64,000 nucleotides of DNA from Rebecca billardiae RCC1528 (Eukaryota; Protista; Haptophyta): the NCBI GenBank assembly GCA_965240325.2, contig OZ251241.1, positions 186,001-250,000 of the forward strand, given 5' to 3'. Shown here piece after piece: positions 41,801 to 53,124 of the stretch. A model generated the notes under the pieces. It was not told where the DNA came from. It made no database searches and worked only from the letters and a program-made list of their open reading frames with translations. Made by a program: the position numbers and the translations under genes. How positions within the stretch are numbered: position 1 is the first letter of the stretch; each line of letters begins with the position of its first letter.

Positions 41801-44800
41801 GGCGGGCTTGGTGGCGGGCTCGGCGGCGGACTTGGCGGCGGGCTTGGTGGTGCGCTCGGCGGCGGTGGGCTCGGCGGCGGCGAGGGTGGCGGGCTCGGTG
41901 GCGGCGAGGGCGGTGGGCTCGGCGGCGGTGGGCTCGGCGGTGGGGACGGTGGAGGGCTCGGCGGCGGCGAGGGAGGTGGGCTCGGCGGTGACGATGGCGG
42001 CGGGCTTGGCGGCGGCGAGGGCGGCGGGCTCGGTGGCGGCGGCGAGGGTGGCGGTGATGGCGGCGGCGATGGTGGCGGCGACGGCGGCGGGCTGGGCGGC
42101 GGGCTCGGCGGCGGACTTGGCGGCGGGCTTGGTGGCGGGCTCGGAGGCGGCGGGCTCGGCGGCGGCGAGGGTGGCGGGCTCGGCGGCGGCGAGGGCGGTG
42201 GGCTCGGTGGAGGGGGGGAAGGCGGTGGGAGTGGTGGTGGCGAGGGTGGAGGCGAGGGCGGCGGGCTTGGTGGCGGGCTCGGCGGCGGACTTGGCGGCGG
42301 GCTTGGTGGTGGGCCCGGAGGCGGTGGGCTAGGAGGCGGCGAGGGTGGCGGGCTCGGTGGCGGCGAGGGCGGTGGGCTCGGCGGCGGTGGGCTCGGGGGC
42401 GGCGACGGCGGAGGGCTCGGCGGCGGCGAGGGAGGTGGGCTCGGCGGTGGAGATGGCGGTGGGCTAGGCGGTGGCGATGGTGGCGGTGAGGGCGGCGGTG
42501 GTGAGGGCGGCGGGCTGGGCGGTGGCGATGGCGGTGGCGACGGCGGTGGGCTGGGCGGCGGACTGGGCGGCGGCACCGGCGGTGGGCTCGGCGGCGGGCT
42601 CGGCGGCGGTGGGCTCGGCGGCGGCGAAGGCGGCGGGCTTGGCGGCGGCCAGGGCGGTGGGCTTGGCGGCGGCGACGGTGGCGGGCTTGGCGGTGGCGAT
42701 GGAGGCGGACTCGGTGGCGGCGGGCTTGGTGGCGGCGATGGCGGGGGGCTTGGTGGCGGAGAAGGCGGAGGGTTCGGCGGTGGCGACGGCGGCGGTCTCG
42801 GCGGCGGTGAGGGTGGTGGGCTTGGCGGCGGCGGTGAGGGTGGTGGCGACGGCGGCAGCGAGGGCGGTGGCGAGGGCGGTGGGTTCGGCGGTGGGCTTGG
42901 TGGCGGGCTTGGTGGCGGGCTCGGCGGTGGGCTTGGCGGCGGCGGGCTTGGTGGCGGAGATGGCGGTGGGCTCGGCGGCGGTGAAGGTGGCGGGCTTGGC
43001 GGTGGCGGCGACGGCGGCGGTGAGGGCGGTGGTGATGGCGGCGGCGATGGTGGCGGGCTGGGCGGTGGCGACGGCGGTGGACTCGGCGGCGGGCTGGGTG
43101 GCGGGCTTGGTGGCGGAGGGCCCGGCGGTGGAGATGGTGGTGGGAACGGCGGCGGGGACGGCGGCGGGCTCGGCGGCGGCGATGGAGGCGGGCTGGGCGG
43201 CGGCGAAGGCGGCGGGCTCGGTGGCGGGCTCGGAGGGGGGCTGGGTGGCGGTGAGGGCGGCGGGCTGGGTGGCGGGCTCGGCGGTAGGGTCGGTGGTGGC
43301 GGGCTCGGCGGCGGCGAGGGCGGCGGCGAGGGCGGCGGCGAGGGCGGCGGGCTCGGTGGCGGCGGGCTGGGCGGTGGACTCGGCGGCGGGCTCGGTGGCG
43401 GGCGGGGCGGGGGCGAGGGTGGCGGGTAAGGAGGCGGGCTCGGCGGTGGTGAGGGCGGCGGGCTCGGGGGCGGTGGGCTCGGCGGCGGGCTCGGCGGCGG
43501 GCTCGGCGGCGGGCTCGGCGGTGGGCTCGGCGGCGGCGATGGGGGCGGGCTCGGTGGTGGAGATGGGGGCGGGCTCGGCGGTGGAGGGCTGGGTGGCGGC
43601 GAGGGCGGTGGGCTCGGCGGCGGGCTCGGCGGCGGTGAAGGAGGCGGCGGGCTCGGCGGCGGACTGGGCGGCGGGCTGGGCGGCAGCGTCGGCGGGGGTG
43701 AGGGCGGTGGCGACGGCGGTGGAGACGGCGGCGGGCTTGGAGGCGGGCTCGGTGGAGGCGGGCTCGGTGGCGGCAAAGGCGGCGGCGATGGCGGGGGGCG
43801 GGGGGGCGGGGAAGGCGGCGGTGAGGGTGGCGGGCTCGGTGGCGGACTGGGCGGTGGCGTGGGCGGCGGCGGACTTGGCGGCGGTGATGGTGGCGGCGAG
43901 GGCGGCGGACTCGGCGGCGGTGACGGTGGTGGTGGGCTTGGTGGTGGGCTGGGTGGCGGTCGTGGTGGCGGGCTCGGCGGCGGTGACGGCGGCGGGCTGG
44001 GCGGCGGTGACGGCGGCGGGGTGGGCGGCGGGGATGGCGGCGGGCTAGGTGGCGGAGGGCTCGGCGGAGGCGATGGCGGGGGCGATGGCGGCGGCGACGG
44101 TGGCGGCGACGGCGGAGGAGGCGATGGCGGTGGCGAGGGTGGCGGCGAGGGTGGCGGCGACGGCGGTGGCAACGGCGGCGGCGACGGTGGTGGCGACGGC
44201 GGTGGGAGTGGGGGTGGTGACGGTGGTGGTGATGGCGGCGGCGATGGCGGCGGGCTTGGCGGCGGCGATGGTGGCGGCGGGCTGGGCGGCGGGGATGGCG
44301 GTGGCGATGGCGGTGGAGAGGGCGGCGGCGATGGCGGCGGTGGGCTCGGTGGCGGGCTCGGCGGTGGGCTCGGTGGCGGCGACGGCGGCGGCAGCGGAGG
44401 CGGTGGGCTCGGCGGCGGCGCCGGTGGCGGGCTCGGCGGAGGGCTGGGCGGTGGGCTGGGCGGCGGGCTGGGCGGCGGCACGGGCGGCGGGCTGGGCGGC
44501 GGCGCGGGCGGCGGCGGCGAGGGCGGCGGGCTCGGCGGCGGGCTTGGCGGCGGCGAGGGCGGCGGGCTCGGCGGCGGCGAGGGCGGCGGGGACGGCGGCG
44601 GCGAGGGTGGCGGGCGCGGTGGCGGGCTCGGCGGTGGGCTTGGCGGCGGCGAGGGCGGAGGGCGCGGCGGCGCCGGCGGTGGGAACGGCAACTGGCGCGG
44701 CGGCGGTGGCGGTAGCGGCGGCGGGGAGGGCGGTGGCGAGGGCGGCGGGGAGGGCGGTGGGCTGGGGGGCCGAGCAGGGGGCGGAGAGGGCGGCGGTGAT

Positions 44801-47658
44801 GGCGGTGGCGACGGTGGCGGCGGGCTTGGGGGCGGCGAGGGTGGTGGGCTCGGGGGTGGCGACGGCGGCGGCGACGGTGGTGGCGACGGCGGCGGGCTGG
44901 GCGGTGGGGACGGCGGCGGCGGGCTGGGCGGCGGAGAAGGCGGTGGCGATGGTGGTGGGCTTGGGGGCGGCGTGGGCGGTGGGGGGCTCGGCGGTGGACT
45001 CGGCGGCGGGCTTGGTGGCTGCGTCGGCGGTGGGGCCGGCGGCGGCGGGCTCGGCGGTGGCGAGGGTGGCGGTGATGGCGGCGGTGAGGGCGGCGGAGAA
45101 GGCGGGTGGCTGGGCGGCGGGCTGGGCGGCGGGCTGGGCGGCGGGCTCGGCGGTGGCGAGGGCGGCGACGAGGGCGGCGGCGGCGAGGGCGGTGGTGAGG
45201 GCGGCGGGTTGGGCGGCGGCAGCGGCGGCGGTGAGGGCGGCGGGCTGGGCGGCAGGCTGGGTGGTGGCGAGGGTGGCGGCGAGGGTGGCGGCGAGGGCGG
45301 CGGGCTCGGCGGCGGCAGCGGCGGCGGCGGCGAGCGCGCGGTGCCTTGCAGGTCGATCAAGCTGAGCGCCTGCGTGTACACGGCGCTCACCTCCGCGGCG
45401 GTCAGCACGCCCGTGTACACGCCCACGTCGTCGATCGCCCCCGAGAACTGGTCGCTGCTCGAGGCGACGGACGTGCACAGCTTGAGCGCGCTCGCCCCCG
45501 TGCTGAGCGCCGCGCCGAGCGCGCGCGTGCCGTACTTGCCGCCGTGCGCCGCGCCGCCGTCGACGGCGAAGGAGAGCGTGGTCACGCCGTCGTACGTGAC
45601 GGCGGCGTGTATCCACACGCCCGCGCTGCGCCCGTCCTCCCCCGAGCCCTCCGTCGCGCCGCAGTGCGTGTTCGCGATCCCGCCCGCCCACACGCACAGC
45701 CCGGCGCTCGTCGACACCAACACGTCAAATTGACCGTTGGTCACGCCCGGACTGCCCCACGAGACGACGGAGTCGGCGCCGCTGCCGCCCGCGCGCTTGA
45801 ACCACACCATCACCGAGCGCGCCACGGAGCCGCCGAGGGTACTCGCCGCGACCGCACCGTCGCCCGTCGCCGAGTCCGCCGAGCCGCACTGCAGCGCAGA
45901 GCCAATCCGCCCCTCGGCCGGGCTGCTCTGCGACGCGCCCGCGCTGAGCGTGAGGCCGATGGCGGCGGGGCCGAGGTCGAGGCCGGGCGTGCCGGACGCG
46001 TCGAAGGCGTAGTGGTGCTGCAGGCCCGCCGCGACGGGCGGCGGTGGGCTCGGCGGCGGCGGCGGCGGCGCGGGCGGCGGGCTGGGTGGCGGAGCGGGCG
46101 GCGGCGGGCTCGGCGGCGGCGAGGGCGGCGGGCTCGGCGGCGGGCTCGGCGGCGGGCTCGGCGGCGGCAGCGGCGGCGGCGGGCTCGGCGGCGGGCTCGG
46201 CGGCGGCAGCGGCGGCGGCGGCGACAGCGCCGCCCCGGTCAGATCGAGCCCGCCCGCCGCGTTGCTCACGATCGTCGCCAGCTGCGCCGCGGTGAGCACC
46301 CCGTAGAAAATACCCACGTCGTCCAGCTCGCCTCGGAAGAAGTCCGGTAGGAATCCGGCGGTGGGGCCTCCGACCGAGAGCACCGTGCTCGCGCCGTTGC
46401 CCGTGTTGAGCGCGCGCGCCTGGCTCACGCTCAGCGCGCCGTCCCGGTAGATCCGCACGTCCGAGCCGTCGTACGTCACGGCGACGTGCAGCCACACAGA
46501 GGCGCCCACCGCGCCCGCCTGCGTGCCCGCGCCGAGGAACCCAAAGTGCGCCACGAGCACGTCGCTGCTCAGCCCGAGCTCGAAGGCCTGCGCTGAGGCG
46601 GCCGAGCCATACGAGAGCGCGGCGGGCTGCTCGCCCGTCCCCGTCGCGTTGAGCCGCAGCCACAGCGCCACCGAGCGCGCCGCCGCGCCCGAGATCGTGT
46701 CGGTAAGGCCGGCAGGCGCGCTCAGCCGTGTGGAGCCGTCCAGCTGCAGCGCGCGCCCGACGCGGCCGTCGTCGGCGTACGCGACGGTGCCCGAGGCGAG
46801 GGTGAGCCCGCCGAGCTGCCCGTTCAGGCTGTACTGCGCGAGCAGCGCCGCGGCGGGCGCCGCCGACGAGTCGCCGTTCGCCGAGACCTCCGCCAGCCCG
46901 GCGGCGTACAGCGCGGCCGCCTGCGACGAGTTGAGCGCGGCCGCGTAGAGCGCCGCGTCGTCGAGCAGCCCGCCCCAGCTCTGCGTGGTGATCAGCCCGA
47001 CGCAGAGCTTGAGGTACACGGCCTCGGTCGCGAGCGTCGCCGCCGACGAGCTCGCCGACAGCGCGCCGTCGACGTACAGCGCCGTGGTGGTGGTGGGCGC
47101 GTCGTAGCTGAGCGCGACGTGCTGCCAGCTGCTGCCGTCGTAGCTGAGCGTGCTGGCCGGCGTGGAGAGCAGCGCGCCGCTGGCGAAGTTGGCCAGCACG
47201 TCGAGCGAGCCGTCTGTCAGCGCGCGCAGCTCGAGGTACACCTCGCCAAAGTTGAAGCCCGGGCCGACGGCCGCGACGCCGCGCGTCTGCGCGGGCGCGC
47301 TCGAGGGCGGGCGCAGCCACAGCGCGAGCGTCTTGGACGAGCCGCCGTTGAAGGCGGGCACGGCGTCACTCGAGCCGTCGCCCAGCGTGAGCGCGAGGCT
47401 CCCGCCGCAGTCCACGGCCTCGCCAATCTGCCCGCTCGTGTACGGCACGGGCTCCGCGCTCGCGCTGAGCGCGTCGGCCTGCGTAACGGCTGAGCTGAGG
47501 CCCTCGTCCAGCTGGTACAGGTGGACGAGCGGCTCGGAGACGGGCGCGCCGGCGTGGACGGGCACGCGCGTCGCGCACAGCGCGAGCACGACGAGCGCCC
47601 GGAAGGCGCGGCGCCGCGGCGCGGGCCGTCTGCCCGCGCACGGCGCGGCGGTGGGCAT
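29829..47658 (-). CDS. Giant type-I membrane surface glycoprotein: signal peptide, 3x LamG/ConA-like lectin domains, ~4,100-aa (SPPP)n stalk, bacterial-type beta-domain, TM + poly-Cys, cytoplasmic tail; 3' introns 30313-30451 and 30073-30237
   Basis: Uninterrupted ORF from ATG 47658. Three repeats of W.HVAVTYDG...F.G.LDD.G.Y...LT (~46900-47530, 46250-46840, 45350-46020), SPPP at 32935-45330, GYLANCTLGVDVDGDG..EPSALTD..G and FIVALLLLLLICCCCC. Two GT-AG introns lead to a stop at 29829 (or 29848 if one C is missing near 29915). Confidence 0.88.
32935..45330 (-). repeat. 12.4-kb coding minisatellite (12-bp unit encoding Ser-Pro-Pro-Pro) with internal higher-order duplications
   Basis: The + strand reads GGC-GGC-GGG-CTC variants continuously. 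Diagnostic variant blocks recur (e.g. near 38140, 39620, 40510; and 41147, 41655). Confidence 0.97.
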
Positions 47659-47910
47659 GGCTGGTGGCGCCAGCCGCCAGGAGCTTGCTGCTGCACGATT
47701 GCGGCTCGTCAGAGCCGGCTCCGCCCGGTCAACGGTTCATCGGTCGCGGTGCTTTGGGAGCACGATGGAAATGATGGAGGCGCAGGCGCCCCGAGCGAGC
47801 TGTCGGAGTGTGACTGTGATGGGCCGCGCAAAGAGTGTCGTTATCGCGCGCGGCAGCTCATCGTGACATCGTCGAATGAATCATATATCGATCGCCGTCG
47901 TCATCCTCTG

Positions 47911-47970
47911 TATATATATATATATATATACATCGGCGACGATATCAACATATGCTATATATATATACAC
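47911..47970. repeat. (TA)n island between the two surface-protein genes
   Basis: TA runs downstream of the gene ending at 48100. Confidence 0.9.
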
Positions 47971-48099
47971 ACAGTGATGCGGCGGCTGCGATGTACGTCC
48001 TGGCGGCGAGGCCAGGCTGCCAGTAGTCGTAGACTATGAGTGCGCGCGCGCCCTGCGACGCGCCGCGTCTCCATCGAGTACGGTCGCGTGTGCGCGGCG

Positions 48100-49624
48100 C
48101 TAGCTTTGATGCCGGCCGTAGTACCCACCGGCCGCGCCTCCTGGGGCCGGGGGCGGCGTTGACTGCGGCGGCGGCGGGCGAGCGGGTGGCATGCCTGCGG
48201 CCGGCCCTCCGCCGACGCCGCCTCCCTGCGGACGCACACCGCCACCAGCGGGCGTGCTGCCTGCGCCCGAGTAAGCCCTGCGCGGTATCCGGCACGCGCG
48301 CACAGGGCGCCGCGGCGTGGACGGTGCGTGTGCCGTCAGCGGGCGATGCGCGGGAGGCGCTACCGGGAGCGGGGGCGGGGCGCACGAAGGCGCGAGGCTG
48401 CGCACGCGGGGGCGCACGCGCACGCGCCCGCAGGCGCACACACCTGCTCACGGTGGAGCGCGGAGCGCTCGCGCCGATGCGAGAGGCGCCCGAGTTGTAG
48501 CCTGCGCCGCCGCGCATGCTGCGGGGCGGAGGGCGCGCGCGCATGACGCATTCGGGGCGCGCGAGTCAGGGCCCCGCGCGGCGCGCGCGGCGCGCGGCGC
48601 GGCGCACGCACCCGGCGCCTGCGGACGAGGTCGCGCCGTCGATCGTGCGCCTGGGCCGTGCGCCGAGCGAAGGAGTCGAGTAGATGTTGACCGCGCCCGG
48701 CTCGCGCGGCGGCCGCAGCCCGGCGCCGCCTGGCTCCGCGCCCTGCCCACGCGCGCCCATCGACGGCGGCCGCCCTGCGGACGCGCAGCGACGTGCCGGC
48801 GAGGCGTCCTCCGCGCCAGCGCGCGTCGGCGTGACGGTGCCGGGCGCCGGGCCGCGCGGCGGCGGCCATGGCGCGGTGCTGTATGGCTGCTGCAGCGGCA
48901 GCGGCGCGGGCTGCTCCGGCGGCGCCGCCGGCGCCGGGCGGAGCTGCTGCGCGGCCGGTGGCGGCGGCAGCGGCTGCAGCGGCTGCTGCGGCGGCGGCGT
49001 GCCGGCCGCGCGGGTGCTGAGCGGCGCGCTCGGCAGCGGCGTCGCGCCGCGCACCGGCGGCAGCACGGGCAGCTGCGGGCCGAGCGCGCCCGAGCCGCCG
49101 GCCCCCGACCGTTGCGACAGCGTGCGCGCGGGCAGCGTGCGCTGCGGCCGCTCCGCGCCGCCCGCCAGCGCTCGCTCCTGCGCGCGCACCTCCTCGACCG
49201 AGGGCGGCGGCGGCGGCTGCTGCGCGCCGACGAGCGCGGGCAGCTGCTCGCGCGAGGGCGAGGCGGGCGCGGCGCCGCCCGGCCGGCGCGCGGCCGCCCG
49301 CTCCGGCTGCTGCTGCATCTGGTACTCACGAACCGCGGAGGCGAACTTGCGGGCGCCGGGCGCGGCGCTCGCGGGCGGTGGCGGCGCCGCCTCGGGCGCG
49401 GGCTCCTCCTCCGCCTCGGGCTCGACGCCGGTCGTGCCCGCGCGCCGCCTGCGCGCGAGCAGCACCACGGCGGCGGCGACGCAGCAGCAGCAGCAGATCA
49501 GCAGCAGCAGTGTGACGATGAAGCCAGGGCTGGACGCGTCCCCGTTCGCCCAGAAGGCTCGCTCCAGCGCGCCGAGCAAAGTGTCGTTCTCGTCGAAGCT
49601 CGCCTCGGAGGCGAGGGTGCTCGA

Positions 49625-49659
<35 letters not shown>

Positions 49660-49799
49660 TGCTGCCCGTGTCGCCCGTGCCGCCCGTGCCGCCCGTGCCC
49701 GCGGGCGAGGGCGGCGTCGGCGGGCTCGGCGGCGGGCTGGGCGGCGGGCTGGGCGGCGGCATCGGCGGGCTGGGCGGCGCCTGCGGCGGCGCCGGCGGC

Positions 49800-49834
<35 letters not shown>

Positions 49835-52800
49835 CGAGGGCGGCGGGCTGGGCGGCGGGCGCGGGCTGGGTGGCTCCTGCAGCGGCGGGGGCGACGGGCT
49901 CGGCGGCGGCGGAAGCGACGGCAGCGGCGGCGCGGGCGGGCTCGGCGGCGAGGGCGGGCTCGGCGGCGACGGCGGCGGCGGCGCGGGCGGCGGCGGGCTC
50001 TCGAGCGGCGTGCTGAGCGGCGGCGTGCTCGTCGCCTGCACGACGGCGTCGAGCGCCGCCATCGACCCGAACGTATTGCTCAGCGAGTCGACGTCGGAGG
50101 GCGCGCCGCCGGAGTCGGCCGCCGCCGCGATCGCGTCGGCGAGCGCTCCCTGCAGCGCCGCGCTCACCTGCGCGACCGTGCCGAGCGCCGCCGCCAGCTC
50201 GGGCTCGGAGGCGAGCGCCCGGCGCGCGCCCGCGCGCCCGCTGTGCAGCAGCAGCTGCCGCCGGCCGCGCCTGCGCGCGCCCGCGCTCGCCGCCACCTCG
50301 GACAGCGCGCTCACCGCGTCGGCCAGCGTGCGGAACGCGGGCGCGAGCACCGCCGGCAGCGCGTCAGACAGCGCGGCGGGCAGCGCGCGCGCCGCGTCGC
50401 CAAACAGCGACTCCGCCGCGTCGACCAGCTCAGACACTAGAGCCGCCGCGTCGGCAGTGCCGGAGACGGAGAACGGAGCGATGCCGCCGAGCGTGGGCAC
50501 GGCGGGGTCGGTGGCGTTGGAGCCGCCGACCAGCGCGAGGTGCGAGCGCGCCCACTGCGCGTGCAGCGCGCGCGTCGCGTACGCGCGTGCGAGCGCGGCG
50601 TCGGCCGCGCCGCTCGCGTTCACAAACGCCGCGGCGATGACCGACGCCACAAACGCCGACTGCGCGCTGCTGAGCAGCAGCGGCGCCGCGAGCGCGACGT
50701 CCGGCGCGCCGCCCGTCGCCCAGAGCTGCGCGAGCGGGTCGTAGTCGAAGACGGACCACGGCACGGCGGCCGCGCCCGGCGGCGCCTCGGCCGGCGTCGA
50801 GCTGTCGGGCAGCGCAAACCACGCGCGCACGGCCGCCTCCGCGTCGGCGCGCAAGAGCGCCCCCTGCGCTTCGAGCGCGGCGGCGGCGGCGGCGCCCTGC
50901 GCGGTGCCCGCGCCCCACGAGGTGGGCAGCGGCGTGCCCGCCAGCTGCGCGACGAGCGTGCCGAGCGGCGAGGCGCTCAGCGCGCCGTCCGCCGAGAAGC
51001 GCACGGGCGCGTGCACGCCCAGCGGCACGGCGAGGCCGGTGTAAGCGTCCACGCAGCCGGGCGCGCCCGCGGGGCGCGACGCGGCGTCCGCGGGCAGCAG
51101 CAGGAGCAGCGGGCGCGCCGCGCCGCCGCCCGCCGCGTCCGCCGCGGCCTCGCGCTCGAGCAGCTCGAGGGCGAAGGCGCCGGGCTCGAGGCCGAGCGCG
51201 GCGAGCGCGGCGCTCAGGTCGGCCACGCCCTCGCCGTCCGTGAGCGCGCTTGGCTCTGCCGCGCCCAGCGCGCCGTCCCCATCCACGTCCACGCCCAGCG
51301 TGCAGTTGGCCAGGTAGCCCGAGCCCAGCGCCACCACAGAGGTGGGGCCGAGGAAGGGCGGGGAGGGCGGGGAGGGCGGGGGGCTCGGCGCGCTCGGCGG
51401 CGAGGGCGGGACCGGCGGCGGCGGCGGCGGCGGCGGCGGTGAGGGCGGCGACGCCGGCGAGGGCGGCGGCGGGCTCGGCGGCGGCGGGTGCGGGCTCGGC
51501 GGCGGCGGGCTGGGCGGCGGGCTCGGTGGCGAGGCCGGCGGCGGCGGCGCGGCCGGCGGCGGCGGCGAGGGCGGCGGTGGCGAGGGCGAGGGCGGCGGCG
51601 GGAAGGGCGGCGGGCGCGGCAGCCGCGGCGGCGGCGGCGGCGAGGGCGGCGGGCTCGGCGTCGGCGGCGGCGGCGAGGGCGGCGGCGCGGGCGGGCTCGG
51701 CGGCGGGAACGGCTCGGTGCGCGGCGGCGGCGGCGGCGCGGGCGGCGGCGAGGGCGGCGGCGGCGCGGAGGGCGGCGAGGGCGGCGGCGGCGTCGGCGGC
51801 GGCGCGGGCGGAGGGCTCGGCGGCGGCTTGGGCGGCGACGCCGGCGGCGCCGCGGGCGGCTTGGGCGCGATCGGCGGCGACGGCGGCGGCGGCGGGCTGC
51901 GGAAGCGCGGCGGCGACGGCGGCGGCGGACTCGCCGGCGGCGGGCTCGGCGGCGGGCTCGGCGGCGCGCCCGGCGGCGGCAGCGTCGGCGGCGGGCTGTT
52001 CTCTGGGAAGGCGTCGGGGAGTGGCGGCGGGCTCGGCGGCGGCGGTAGGCTCGGCGGGGGGAACGGCGGCGAGGGCGGGCTGGGCGGCGGCAGCGGCGGC
52101 GGCGGGCTGGGTGGCGGCGGCGGCGCGAACGGCGGCAGCGAGGGCGGCGGGCTCTTGGGCGGCGACGGCGGCTGCGCGGGCGGGCTGGGCGGCGAGGGCG
52201 AGCACAGCCCGCACGACAGCTCGCACTGCTGCGCCACAAACTCGTGGCTCACGCACCGCTCGAGGCGGCTGGCGCAGAATGTGGCGCCGCCGAGGTCGTA
52301 GCAGCCGGGCGGCGGCGCGGGCGGCACCGGCGGCGGCGCGGGCGGCGCGGGCGGCGGGCGCGACGGCGGCGGGGGCGAGGGCGGGCTCGGCGGGATCCGA
52401 AGCGGGTCGGGCGGCAGCGGAGGGTTGGGCGGGGTGGGCGGCGGCGGCGGCATGCTCGGCGGGAGCGGGGGCGAGGGCGGCGGCGGCGGCGGCGGGCGCG
52501 GCGGCGGCGGGCTCGGCGGCGGCGGGCGCGGCGGCAGCGGCGGCGGGCTCGGGCAGATCCCGCACGACACCTTGCACTGCTCCGCCACCTCCGCCGACGC
52601 CTCGCACTGCGCCAGCCGCGACTCACACCACACCGCGCCCGCGAGGTCGTAGCAGCCGGGCGGCGGCGTGGGCGGCGTGGGCGGCGGCGGCAGCGAGGGC
52701 GGGATGGGCGGCGGGAGCGGCGGCGGCGACGAGGGCACCGGCGGCGTGGGCGGCGGCAGCGGAGGCGACGGCGGCGGCGGCTGCGACGGCGCCGCCGGCG

Positions 52801-53054
52801 GCGAGTTGGGAGGCGGCGGCGACGGCGGGCGCGACGGCGGCAGCGACGGCGGGAGCGGCGGTGTGCGCTCGCCCGCCGGGCTGGGCGGCGGGCTGGGCGG
52901 CGCGGGCGGGCTGGGCGGCGTGGGCGGCGGGCTCGGGCACAGCCCGCACGAGACGCGGCACAGCGTCTGCACCTGCGCGCTCGAGCCGCACAGGTGCAGC
53001 CGGTTGTTGCAGTACACCGCGCTGCCCAGGTCGTAGCAGCCGGGCGGCGGCGAG

Positions 53055-53124
<70 letters not shown>

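Noticed and set aside
32828-45733. Giant Gly-rich + strand ORFs (3533 aa, 624 aa) and Ala/Val-rich ORFs
   Set aside because: Antisense or alternate-frame shadows of the SPPP repeat. The - strand frame has a signal peptide, folded domains, a TM and no interruption, while the + frame hits a stop at 43429.
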